NCBI RefSeq assembly: GCF_000143415.4
Contig: NW_003314272.1
Coordinates: 1,744,374 to 1,808,373, forward strand
Direction: 5' to 3'
DNA from: Selaginella moellendorffii
Taxonomy: Eukaryota > Plantae > Lycopodiophyta
Length of the DNA: 64,000 nucleotides
The number at the start of each line of letters is the position of its first letter. Positions within the stretch are counted from its first letter, which is position 1. A program made the translations under genes and the position numbers. The notes beneath the pieces were generated by a model. That model had not been told where the DNA came from and searched no databases. It was given only the letters and a program-made list of their open reading frames with translations. Of the stretch, positions 1 to 10,849 are shown piece after piece.

Positions 1-138
1 CATACTTGACCTGGTTAGAGAAACTCATTTGTTGACTTGCACTTGCTAATGTTGGGAACCCCCGCAATATTGAGCTTGGTCCCTCAATATTCGCTAGATG
101 ATAGCTTACCGTGTCTGCCAAACACCCTCGCTATCATG

Positions 139-1287
139 TGTAAGCCACAAATTTTTCCTTTCCAATTTGCCAGCTTACCTCGTCTATCCATCCAACACTG
201 CCTTGGCTTTTGCTAAGTTCCCTTGCCAAGGTTTTCGTCTATGGTACCAGCTCCTACTTGGTTTCAGCTACTCACTGCACGAGCAACGGAGTGTTAGCCA
301 TCCTTCCACAGATTCCCAAATCACTCTCAATCCCCCTCCCTGGGTTAGACTGGACTTAAGGTTCGGCTACACTCCCTGCAAGCACAAGTAGCCAAGCACA
401 CCAAGCTTCCAGGTTCCTAACATCCCTTGGTACCACAAGACTTGATCATGGGACCCTCTAAATCCCAAGTCTTGAGTGCAACACTTGCTTCGGGACGCCG
501 GGGCGAAACACCGTGGCCTAGCGGCCCGGTATGGGTACCTCTTGCCCCCCACTTCCATCCCGAAGGAAGGCCCAAGCCCCTAGGAAGGGCGAGGACCAAT
601 GAGCCGCATGGTACTCAAGTGGGGCACCACTCCACATGAGCCGGGAGCACCGCAATCGGTTTCCCTTTCGGGAGTGGGAGCTGCTCTTGAGCACTTCCTT
701 GGATGGCCCCTCCGGCACCAGCCAAGTCCATGCTCACTCCCACCCAAGGCCCCTCGGTCCCAGTCCCAACCTCAAGTCGGTTTGGAAGCCCAACTGGAGA
801 GTCCCTTCAAAACTGGTTCCTGGACCTCACTATCCCTACTATACTTTTGGAACCCCCTGCAGCCCCCCCCCCCCTGGGAGACGCACGCTTTGGGCTTTCA
901 CCCCTTGACCTGTATTAGTATTTGGACTTAGTCTCTGGCTCGATCTCGGACCCGATTTCGGATCCGACTTCGGATTCGGGTTTGGACTCGATCACGGACT
1001 CGATCTCGGACCCGATCTCGGACCCAACCTCGGACTCGACCTCGGACTCGGTCTCGGACCCGATTTCGGATCTCGGACTCCGTCTCGAACTCGGTCTCGA
1101 ACTCGGACTCGAACTCGGTCCCCGAATCGGTCTCAGACTCGATTCCGGACTCTATCTCGAACTCGGTCCTAGAGTCGGTCTTGGACTCGATCCTCGACTT
1201 GGTCCCATCCGATAAACTCTTTGTCATTTCGGTCAAGCTTTTGGGGATCCTTTAGCCTACGACATCTCGGGGAGTCGGTTCCTTACA
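139..1287 (-). repeat. 3' LTR of family A element (1149 bp, contains CTCGGA-type 6/12-bp tandem repeats at ~935-1200)
   Basis: Near-identical to 6523-7341 apart from two indels; TG...CA ends. Confidence 0.96.
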
Positions 1288-1300
1288 ACTCCACCACCCA
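1288..1300 (-). promoter_or_regulatory. Polypurine tract (TGGGTGGTGGAGT on minus strand)
   Basis: Immediately adjacent to the 3' LTR; identical tract at 11573-11585 in family B. Confidence 0.85.
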
Positions 1301-1690
1301 TAGAAGAGGTTCGATGCCCACATCGAACGTCTCGCTTTATCCTACGACTTGTTGACCATGTCTCCGGGGGCATCCCCCCACTTAGCGGTGTGCCTAAGTT
1401 AGCCTCCCCGGCCAAGAGCCCATGACAACGGAATATAGGTGTCCCTATACTCCTCACCTCACCACGCCCTAGTATGGGGTCGGGACTTGAACCCAGCCTT
1501 GCTTTACTAGGGGGTTGGGACTCAAACCCAACCTCCGTAGAATATGTCTACGGATTCGACATCCCCGCGGGGAGTCGGGCGTAGTGCCCTACGCCTGGTC
1601 GACCTATCCAACCCATGCTAATTAGCTTACCTTTGGCGCGCCTTCGGGTCCCAACATATTGCACTTGCTCAACTTTGCAAATTGATATTT

Positions 1691-4600
1691 TTAATTGAAT
1701 TTTGCATAAGTACATAGAGTTCTGCCTTGCAGAAATTCCTCCACTAGTTCTCGAGCGTTCGCTAGGTTCTCCTCCGGTTCCCATGTTGCTTCACAGTGTG
1801 GAAATCCTTTCCACTTCACATGGAACTCTCTCACCTCACGTCCTTGTCGCTTGCTCTTGCGCGCATTGAGGATGGCCTCGACTTCGTATTCCTCTTCCCC
1901 TTGGATAACCTCAGGTAAAGGTCTTACTTGGTCCTTGCGAAGCGGATCCTCAAAGTACGGCTTGAGTAAGTTCACGTGGAACACTGGGTGCATCTTCCCC
2001 ATCTCTCGAGGAAGTCGGAGTCGGTAAGCCACTTTACCGATTCGTGCCTCAATTTCATAAGGCCCCGTGAACCTGCTTAAGGAACTCAAGATCAATTCAT
2101 TTACAGGAATACATGCATCTTTACCTTTGGGTCAACTTTCGGCTGATCCCACTTGGTAGTCTGAGGTTCTTGGTGTTCAGCCACACCTTCTCCCCCGCTT
2201 GGAACTCCACATCCCGACGCTTTTGGTTCGCGTACTTAGTTTGCCTTTGTTGAGCCCGTTCCAAGGAATCCCTCACTAGATTCCAAATGTTGAGTCTTTC
2301 CGCCGTGAATGCCTCCACTGCGGGTAACTCTCCATGATACTCGGCCACGCCGAGTTCCACAGGACCTTCAATAGCTCGCCCATTGATGAGTTCCCATAGA
2401 CTCACCCCGATGCTTGAGTGTGGTGAGTTGTTATAACACATTTCCGCAAGTCCCAAATGACTTACCCAGTCGGTCTGGTCTCCCAAGACATAGCATCGCA
2501 AATATTCCTCCAGCTGCCTATTCACCCTTTCCGTTTGTCCGTCTGTCAAGAAGTGTTAGTGCCATCAATCTTGACTTAATACCCATTACCTATCTGTGGG
2601 TGATAGGCTGTGCTGAATTTCAATTTGGTGCGATACTGTTCTAGGAGTGTCCTCCAGAACCTACTAGTGAAGATCTTATCTCGATCTGAGATAATCTCTT
2701 CCGGCCTTCCCCGCACTCGAACCACTTGTTCAAAGAACAGCTTCGCCACACCTTCCGCATCCACTTCTGTTGTGGTGGGTATGAAATGTGCCATTTTCGA
2801 AAATCGGTCCACCACCACGAATATCGCATCAAACCCCTCGCTTGGGGGGAGTCCCGTGATGAAGTCCATCATAAGACATTTCCACAGGCGATCTGGAATT
2901 GGGATGCTTTGCAACAAGCCCCCACTAGCCTTAGTCATGGCTTTTACCTGCTGACATGTTGGACATGTCTTTACATAGTCTTGGACGTCCTTAGCCATAT
3001 CTGGCCAATGGTACTTCCTTTTGAGTAAGCCCATCGTCTTGGGCACTCCACCGTGTCCCGCAAGAGGTCCGTCATGACACTCTTCTAAGGCCACCTTCCT
3101 TAGTTCCCCTTCTGGAACATACACCCTCGTTTGCTTGTAATAAATGAGTCCGTTGCGTTCTGCATAGCCCGTTTTCTCTTCCGTTGGCAGCTCACCTCTC
3201 TGGTGAGCTTCCCGCGCCTCTAGATTCCTCAGCAACACTTCCTGTGCTAGACCATCGTTCTCATATGCTGTCCGCACATCGTCCCAGAAGGTTGCTGTTG
3301 CGCTGGATATTGCCAACTTCAATCTCGCTTTTCGACTTAGCGCATCCGCCACGATGTTGCTCTTCCCAGGCTTGTACAGAATTTCGCAATCAAACTCGGC
3401 CAAGGCATTGGCCCACCGACCTTGTTTCCCTCTTAGGTCGGGCTGTGACAAGAAGTGTTCCGTTGCCACATTGTCCGTGTAAACCTTGAAGTGTCTCCCA
3501 AGGTAGTGTTGCCACTCCTTGAGTGCCTTGACCACCGCAAACAATTCCTTCTCGTGGGTAAGCCACTTCCGTTGAGCCTTGTCCAGCTTCTTCGAGAAGA
3601 ACGCTACCGGATGGTTGTCTTGCTTCAGAACTGCACCTAATGCAAAGTCCGAAGCATCCGTTTCTACCTCAAAGTCCTTACCAAAGTCTGGTAATGCCAA
3701 TACGGGAGCCTTCCTCAACTTCCCTTTGAGGTGGACGAATGCCGCCTCGCATTCTGCTGTCCATACCATCTTCCCTTTTCCTGTTTGGTCCGTTAAGGGC
3801 AGGGATACTCTCGAATAGTGTCTGATAAACTTTCGATAGTAGTTGCATAGCCCCAGGAACGCCCTCAACTCATGTACATTCGATGGTCGCTCCCATTCCT
3901 GGATCGCTTGGACCTTCTCCGGGTCCACCTTGAGCCCGTCCTGGCCCACCACATGCCAGAGAAACTTTACCTCTTGTTGAGCAAAGTCACATTTGCTCTC
4001 TTTAGCATACAGCTTGTGTTCCCTTAGTTTCTCAAACACCTTCGCCAAGTGTTCGGCATGCTCTTCTAGCGTCTCGCTATAGATCAGGATGTCGTCGATA
4101 TAGACGACCACGAAGTGATCCAGATAGGGTACAAAGACGTGGTTCATTAGCGCCGAAAACGTCGCCGGTGCATTACATAGCCCGAAGGGCATCACCAGAA
4201 ACTCAAAGCTCCCATACCTCGTTTGACAGGTTGTCTTCTCGACATCTTCCTCGGCTACCCTGATCTGGTAGTATCCTGACCTTAGGTCAATCCTCGAGAA
4301 GTATTTTGCCTTTCCCAACCTATCGAACAGGTCCTCAATCCTTGGCAAAGGGTACTTGTTCTTCTTTGTATACTTGTTGAGCAAGCGGTAGTCTATGCAC
4401 ATGCGCATAGATCCATCTTTCTTTTTCACAAATAACACCGGCGCCCCATACGGCGACTTGCTCAACCTAACATACCCTTTGTCCACCAACTCCTCTAGTT
4501 GGCACTTGAGCTCCTTGAGTTCTTTTTCGTTCAAACGATAAGGGGGACGAACCACTGCCTCAGCACCCTCGACCAGCTCAATCTTATGTTCTATCGGTCG

Positions 4601-6382
4601 TGCTGGGGGCAGCCCCGCCGGTAGCTCCTCCAGCATGGTATCCTGGAATTGGTTCAACACCCGTTGGATCACTAAAGGTACTTCTTCCATTCTTGTCTTT
4701 CTATTACTCTTCACCGAGAGTAAGCACAAAAAGGCCACTTTAGTTCCCTTAGTGAGTTGTCCTCTCGTGGACACCAGGTTTAAGCAGGAATCTTTGGCCT
4801 TGCTTTGCCCTACCTTTAGATCTTGGGCCTCCACCCTAGATCTTCTTCCTTGGGCATTCGCCAGTACCACAAGGTTTCTACTTTGTCCATGCAGGGCTAC
4901 CACGAATCGATTGAACCAGTCCATTCCGAAGATCACGTCAAATCCCACCATGTCCAACACGGTGAAGTCCATGTCCACCTTCCAAGTCCCCACTTCGACT
5001 CTCGCTTGTCGAAGTACCTCATCGGTGCTTTGGCTACCTTGAACAAACTCTATAGTCCTTGGTTCGCCTAGCCGCTGCACCGTTAGTCCAGCTTGCCGGA
5101 CTATGTCTGCAGCCACAAAATTATCCAAAGCATCCGTGTCAATAAGGATTTTAACAAAGCTACCTCTGAGCTTCCCTCGGAGGGCTAGTAGATGTCGCGA
5201 ACGACTCTCTACCAAAGTTGCTCGTGTAATGAGTAACTTTGAGTTAGGGGCTGGATCACATACCTCTGTTTGGACTTCACCCGACTTGATGGCCATATTG
5301 GCTCTGGCCTTCTTCGGGTAGGGACATTCCCTCGAGAAGTGTCCCGCTTCACCGCAGTTGTAGCATACGTTGTTTCCCACGCTGCTATATGACTTGACCT
5401 TCTTATCCGTGGGTTTGTCTCTTTTCGCCTGACTCCCCCACGTACTCGCTCGCTGGCCACCGGATCTGCCTTTCCGGAACCCCGAGGACTCATTCTTAGA
5501 GAAACTCTTCTTGAATTTCCCTCTGCTAAACGTTCCCCTTGGTTTGGCCCCTTTGCTAAACGTAGATCCCGACCCCGTCGTGTTCCCCTTTTGCAGGTTA
5601 TCATTGAAATGCACCTTGATGGCCGCATCCAACGCTTCTTTGTAGTTGGTCGGGTTCCACCGCATTACTTCGCCGCGAGCCCAGGTTTGCAAACCTGATA
5701 TGAAGGCATGGAACGCATCCATATCCCCCATGTCCGTGACAAGTATCCTCTTTGCCATAAACCCATTCACATACTCCTGAATGGTTCCGGTCTGCTTCAG
5801 CCTACTCAGCTCGTCCCTTAGATGCAGAGTAGCATTTGGAGGAACGTAAGTTGCGCGGATCCTCGCCTTCATCATTTCCCAAGTGGCCACCGGTCCTTCG
5901 TTGGCCTCTGTCGTTCTCCACCAAGACTTGGCATTATCTGCCAAGTATGGTTTTGCACATGGGACCTTCTCCGAGCTTGGTAATCGCAACACTCGGAAGT
6001 AGTCCTCCATATCGTAGAACCAATCCTCCACCACCTTATAGTCGTTCACTCCCTTGAAGACCGGTGGGGGCTTTGGTTTGTACTTGGGAACTGCCTGAGG
6101 GACCGATTCCACTTCGGTCTGTTCGACCTTGTCTGGTTTTGCCTCAGTCCCTGCCGAAGGGTCCGCACTTTCTGCGCTGCCAGCATCCGCAGTCTTTCGC
6201 TTTTTCTTCCGCTTCTCGTCACGCTTTAGCTTGCGTACGAGAGTCTCTAGCAGATTATTGGTCTGTGCCAATTGTCCTTCTAGAACATCCAATCGAGCCT
6301 TGGACGACCGAACCTCACCACCAGACTCATGTTTGGAAGTTGCCTCACTGGAGTCCTCCTCATGCAAGGATTCCTCATCCAT
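1691..6382 (-). CDS. Gag-Pol polyprotein with C-terminal chromodomain; exons 6382-2590, 2542-2125, 2072-1691 (two putative introns in integrase)
   Basis: Zn knuckle [14 protein letters not shown]; protease LIDTDA (G->D at active site); RT YIDD; RNase H ETDAS; integrase HHCC and MDF..SD..E; GPY motif; chromodomain [21 protein letters not shown]. Removing 2543-2589 and 2073-2124 joins the three ORFs in frame. Confidence 0.92.
2073..2124 (-). other. Putative 52-nt spliceosomal intron before the GPY motif
   Basis: AG|GTAAAG...TAAGCAG|GT; removal gives KLTQRFTGPY. Confidence 0.85.
2543..2589 (-). other. Putative 47-nt spliceosomal intron in integrase core
   Basis: G|GTAATG...CACTAAC...TTGACAG|AC; removal gives AYHPQ(I)DGQTER. 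Confidence 0.8.
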
Positions 6383-6507
6383 CGCCTCCTGTTCGACTGG
6401 AGGCTCCAGCTCTGGAGGAGGTTCCGTCTCTGCCTGGGTTCACTTACGTCCTGCCCTTGCCATCTCCCAGCAATCCGCCTCTATCCTTCGCTAGAACTGA
6501 GGAAGAG

Positions 6508-6519
6508 GCTCCGATACCA
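6508..6519 (-). promoter_or_regulatory. Primer binding site, tRNA-iMet type (TGGTATCGGAGC)
   Basis: 3 nt inside the 5' LTR boundary; one mismatch to canonical TGGTATCAGAGC. Confidence 0.92.
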
Positions 6520-6522
6520 AAT

Positions 6523-7341
6523 TGTAAGCCACAAATTTTTCCTTTCCAATTTGCCAGCTTACCTCGTCTATCCGTCCAACACTGCCTTGGCTTTTGCTAA
6601 GTTCCCTTGCCAAGGTTTTCGTCTATGGTACCAGCTCCTACTTGGTTTCAGCTACTCACTGCACGAGCAACGGAGTGTTAGCCATCCTTCCACGGATTCC
6701 CAAATCACTCTCAATCCCCCTCCCCGGGTTAGACTGGACTTAAGGTTCGGCTACACTCCCCGCAAGCACAAGCAGCCAAGCACACCAAGCTTCCAGGTTC
6801 CTAACATCCCTTGGTACCACAAGACTTGATCATGGGACCCTCTAAATCCCAAGTCTTGAGTGCAACACTTGCTTCAGGACGCCGGGGCGAAACACCATGG
6901 CCTAGCGGCCCGGTATGGGTACCAGCCAAGTCCATGCTCACTCCCACCCAAGGCCCCTCGGTCCCAGTCCCAACCTCAAGTCGGTTTGGAAGCCCAACTG
7001 GAGAGTCCCTTCAAAACTGGTTCCTGGACCTCACTATCCCTACTATACTTTTGGAACCCCCTGCAGCCCCCCCCCCCCCTGGGAGACGCACGCTTTGGGC
7101 TTTCACCCCTTGACCCGTATTAGTATTTGGACTTAGTCTCTGGCTCGATCTCGGACCCGATTTCGGATCCGACTTCGGATTCGGGTTCGGACTCGATCAC
7201 GGACTCGATCTTGGACCCGATCTCGGACCCAACCTCGGACTCGATCCGAGACTTGGTCCCATCCGATAAACTCTTTGTCATTTCGGTCAAGCTTTTGGGG
7301 ATCCTTTAGCCTACAACATCTCGGGGAGTCGGTTCCTTACA
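6523..7341 (-). repeat. 5' LTR of family A element (819 bp)
   Basis: Copy of 139-1287 lacking ~180 bp (540-719) and part of the tandem repeat array. Confidence 0.96.
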
Positions 7342-7363
7342 ACTAATGTAAGCTCCTGAGTTT

Positions 7364-7418
7364 GGACTTCCCGGGAGGTCACCCAGCCCAGTACTATTCA
7401 AACCCAAGGACGCTTAAC
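7364..7418 (-). promoter_or_regulatory. 5S rRNA-derived internal control region (Pol III A box/IE/C box) in Cassandra 3' LTR
   Basis: Minus strand GTTAAGCGTCCTTGGGTTTGAATAGTACTGGGCTGGGTGACCTCCCGGGAAGTCC versus plant 5S GTTAAGCGTGCTTGGGCGAGAGTAGTACTAGGATGGGTGACCTCC(C/T)GGGAAGTCC. Confidence 0.92.
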
Positions 7419-7763
7419 CCCAAATATCCCAAGACCCTTAACCGATTGGAAAAGGGGGTGCACTCTTATTCATGGGCCCTTTCCCTCTATATTTGAACCC
7501 CATGGACCGTCTCTCAAGTCGTTCTCTTTGGTTGCTTACAATCCACCACGCTTCCCTGCAAGTTCACGCCCTCGTGAACGGAAGCTGAGAGCCGCAGCTC
7601 TCCCGAGAGCCCCGCTCTCTTGACACCCTACCCCTCGGGTCGAGCCCAGCGGGAGCAAACTGGACCAGCCAGATGTCAATCAACATGTGGTGTGATTCCC
7701 CTAGCCAACCAACAGAGTCGGACCCGAGACCCCCTCTGATACCAAATGTAAGCTCCTGAGTTT

Positions 7764-7818
7764 GGACTTCCTGGGAGGTCACCCAGCCCAGTACTATTCA
7801 AACCCAAGGACGCTTAAC
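7764..7818 (-). promoter_or_regulatory. 5S rRNA-derived internal control region in Cassandra 5' LTR
   Basis: Second copy of 7364-7418 with one substitution. Confidence 0.92.
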
Positions 7819-8139
7819 CCCAAATATCCCAAGACCCTTAACCAATTGGAAAAGGGGGTGCACTCTTATTCATGGGCCCTTTCCCTCTATATTTGAACCC
7901 CATGGACCGTCTCTCAAGTCGTTCTCTTTGGTTGCTTACATCATGCCCTTTGTGTTAATCTCATTTCGGTCCCAAATGTTATTTCTAGAAAGTGTCTAGA
8001 TTTGCTCATTTGGCATATCTACGGAATGTAGAGATCGGCCCGAACACAATGGTGTTCGTCCCGTGTCCAAATTCACAATCTAAGGACATTCTATATTTAG
8101 TAAGTTTTGAGCTTGTCCTAGAGACTAACTCCTGGTACT

Positions 8140-8713
8140 AAGGGAGGCTTGGGGTGAAAGCCCAAAGCGTGTGTTCCTCAAGGGGGGGGGGGGCTATGGG
8201 GGGTTCCAAATGTATAGTAGGGATAGTGGGTAGGTCAGGCATGGCTGACCAACCTGAGGCATAGTCTAGCTCTCGCTTGCGTGCCTGTCCTTGTTCTGCT
8301 TCCGGCTTGGGTCTAAGCCCAAGTTCCATTCCATGTTAGGTGGTGGAGTACCCATATCCTCACGTTAGGCCACCAGTATGCCGAAATAGCTCCAAACTCC
8401 ATTTGGCTCCGTTTTGCATGCTGGTCCTGGCATTGGGATGTTGGTTGCTCCAGGACTATTCCAAGTCGCTCCGGGCTCCTATCCCTTCGCTCCTTGGGCT
8501 ATATGCTCGGGAGTTGCTCCGTGGTCCGGTTCCATCACTCCTTGGCATCCTGCTTGGGAGTTTGGCACCGTTCCTTTGTTCAGTGGCCCAAGGCCCTGAA
8601 CCTCGGGTTCCTATGGACACGTGGCATGGACATGTGGTATGTGACATGTGGCATCTGTCATGTGGCACAAAGAAATCACCATAGGATAAAGGGTCAAAAC
8701 CACGTGCGCTACA
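8140..8713. mobile_element. LTR-like fragment of a third family (family C)
   Basis: 8150-8230 resembles the reverse complement of the family A LTR TATA/poly-C module; 8554-8713 recurs at 33837-34033 and both copies end in ...CTACA. Confidence 0.5.
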
Positions 8714-10849
8714 CCCACCCTCTAGTAAAGCAAGGCTCAATTCAAGTCTTAACCCTATACTAGGGTGTGGTGAGGTGAGGAGTATAGAGACACATATATT
8801 CCATTATTATAGACTCTTAGTTGGGGAGGTTGATTTAAGTGCATTGCTAAGTGGGGGGATGCTTCTGGAGACATGGTCAACAAGTCATAAGGTTAAAAAA
8901 AGATATTCGATATGGGTATTGAATTTCTTTAATGGGTTGTGAAATTGTAAGGAACCAGCTCTCTGAGGTGTTGTAGGCTAAAAGATACCTAAAACCATGA
9001 CTGGAATGATAAAAAGTTCATTGGATAAGATCAAATCCGAAATTAAGTCCGAAACTAACTTCGAGACTGAGTGCGAGACTGAGTTTGAGATCAAGTCCAA
9101 GACTGACTCCAAAACCGAGTTTGAGACCGAGTCCAAGACCGAGTTCGAGACCAAGTCCGAAATTTGATAATGAGTCCGAAGTCAAATATGAGATTGAGTC
9201 TGATATCGAGTGATAATGAAGTACAGGAACCAATTTTGAAGGAACTCTTCAATAGTGCTTCCATACCGATTTGAGGTTGAGATTGGGGCTTAGGGGCCTT
9301 GGGTGGGAGTGAGTATGGACTCAAGTGGTGTCGGAAAGGCCACCCAAGGAAGTGCTCAAGAGTAACTCCCACTCTTGAAGGGGAAATTAATTATGGTGCT
9401 CTCGGCTCATATGAAATAATGCCCCACTTGAGTACCTTGTAGCTCACTAGTCCTTATTCCTTCCTAGGGGATTAAACCTTCCTTTCGGGATAGAAGTGGG
9501 GGAGTAAGGGTACTTATACTAAGCTGTTAGGCCATAATGTTTTCCTCTAGAGTCCCAAAGCAAGTTTAGGATTTAAAAGGTCTTATAATCAAATCTTGTT
9601 ATACCAAAAGATTGTGATGAATTTAGAGGTTTGGTGTGCTTAGTTACTTGTACTTTTGGGGAGTGTAGCCGAACTTTAAATTTAGTTTAACTTGGGGAAA
9701 GGGAGTATGAGAGAAATTAGGAATTCGTGGATGGATAACTTACACTTTATTGCTTTGCAATAAATAGTTGAAACCAAAGTAGAAGTTGGTGGCAGGAACT
9801 TTGGTGAGGGGATTTAACTAAGGCTAAAGCAGTGGTAATCGAATAAACGAAGTAAATGTAAGCGACTAAATTTTTCATTCTACTTTAGTCACTTAACCAC
9901 ACCTCTGACCACTTGGAGGAGTCTCATTCACAACCTCCATCAGTCCAATTCAGGACTTGGGACTTGCTAGCCCCAAGAATGGCATCCATGCCACTCAACA
10001 CTTGCACCTGGTCCAAGTGCTCCACGTGTCCGGTCCCAAGACCGACACCCAAAGGTACCACTAACATCTCGGCCCGTTACGCTAAGGCCATGCCCATTCA
10101 CCTTTACTGCACTAGTGGTCCAATACCACTTGCATCACCATCCCGTCTCTCCAAGACTGGGCCATCTGTCCACGAGTGGTCATCCTAGATCCACTCCTTA
10201 GCATCATTAGGATGCCCACAGACCTGGGGAATCGCCTTCTCCAAAGTCCCTTTTGTCAGTTCCTACCAAGTCCCTTCCTGCCCCTGGCCGTGTTTGCTAA
10301 CACTGCCACTGGATCGAGGCCCACAGGCCCGACCACTAAGTCCCACGGTCCTCTGGGACTTCCTCACCACACGACTGTGTCCTTGGTCACTACCCCAGGG
10401 GACTGCTCCTCTTCCTTTCCACAGTCTGGGCCTTTGGGACAACATTTCGGAACACCGTGGCCTTACGCGAGCCACCTGGGTACTCTCCCCGCCTTTCGCC
10501 TTTAGGTGCTCTAGCCATGGGCTTAGAGCGAGGTTCCGTTGAGCCACGCCTGGTATCCAAGTAGGTAGTGCCACCCACACTTGGACTGGGAGCATCGGCC
10601 AGTCGATCTCCCGGGGGAACTAAAGCCGGCTCTTGAACACTTCACCAAGCTACCCCGCTTGTCGGTCCGTATTCACTCTAGTCTTGGACTTCCCAGTGGT
10701 CAGTTCATCACCCAACACTGGGTCTGGCCTTCCTGGGCCAAACTAGCCTTTCCTGGCCAAACTGGCTCCACTGCAGTCCTCCCCCTTACTATACTTTTGG
10801 AGCTCACCAAACCCCCCAGGGTCTGGGAGACGAACGCTTTGGGCTTTCA

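Larger units (their letters stand above)
139..7341 (-). mobile_element. Full-length Ty3/gypsy chromovirus LTR retrotransposon (family A; Galadriel-like by RT motif)
   Basis: Two LTRs (139-1287, 6523-7341) with TGTAAG...CTTACA termini; tRNA-iMet-type PBS at 6508-6519; PPT at 1288-1300; gag-PR-RT-RH-IN-chromodomain order on the minus strand. Confidence 0.97.
7347..7940 (-). mobile_element. Cassandra TRIM (594 bp; 194-bp LTRs at 7347-7540 and 7747-7940)
   Basis: LTRs differ at 2 of 194 nt; TGTAAG...CTTACA ends; PBS TGGTATCAGAG at 7734-7744; PPT-like GGGAAGCGTGGTGGAT at 7541-7556; 5S rRNA-like core in each LTR; 206-bp non-coding interior. Confidence 0.95.

Noticed and set aside
1-14. U1 snRNA 5' end-like CATACTTGACCTGG
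   Set aside because: It has an extra base relative to ATACTTACCTGG and no downstream U1 similarity.
1478-1533. tRNA genes or SINE
   Set aside because: Only T-arm/B-box-like hairpins are present; no recognisable A box, D arm, anticodon arm or acceptor stem.
7342-7346. ACTAA as an ordinary TSD of either element
   Set aside because: It is not repeated on the far side of either element; both far sides read TCATG.
7364-7418. 5S rRNA gene
   Set aside because: Only the ~55-nt internal control region is present, embedded in both LTRs of a TRIM; there are no 5S 5'/3' ends or oligo-T terminator.
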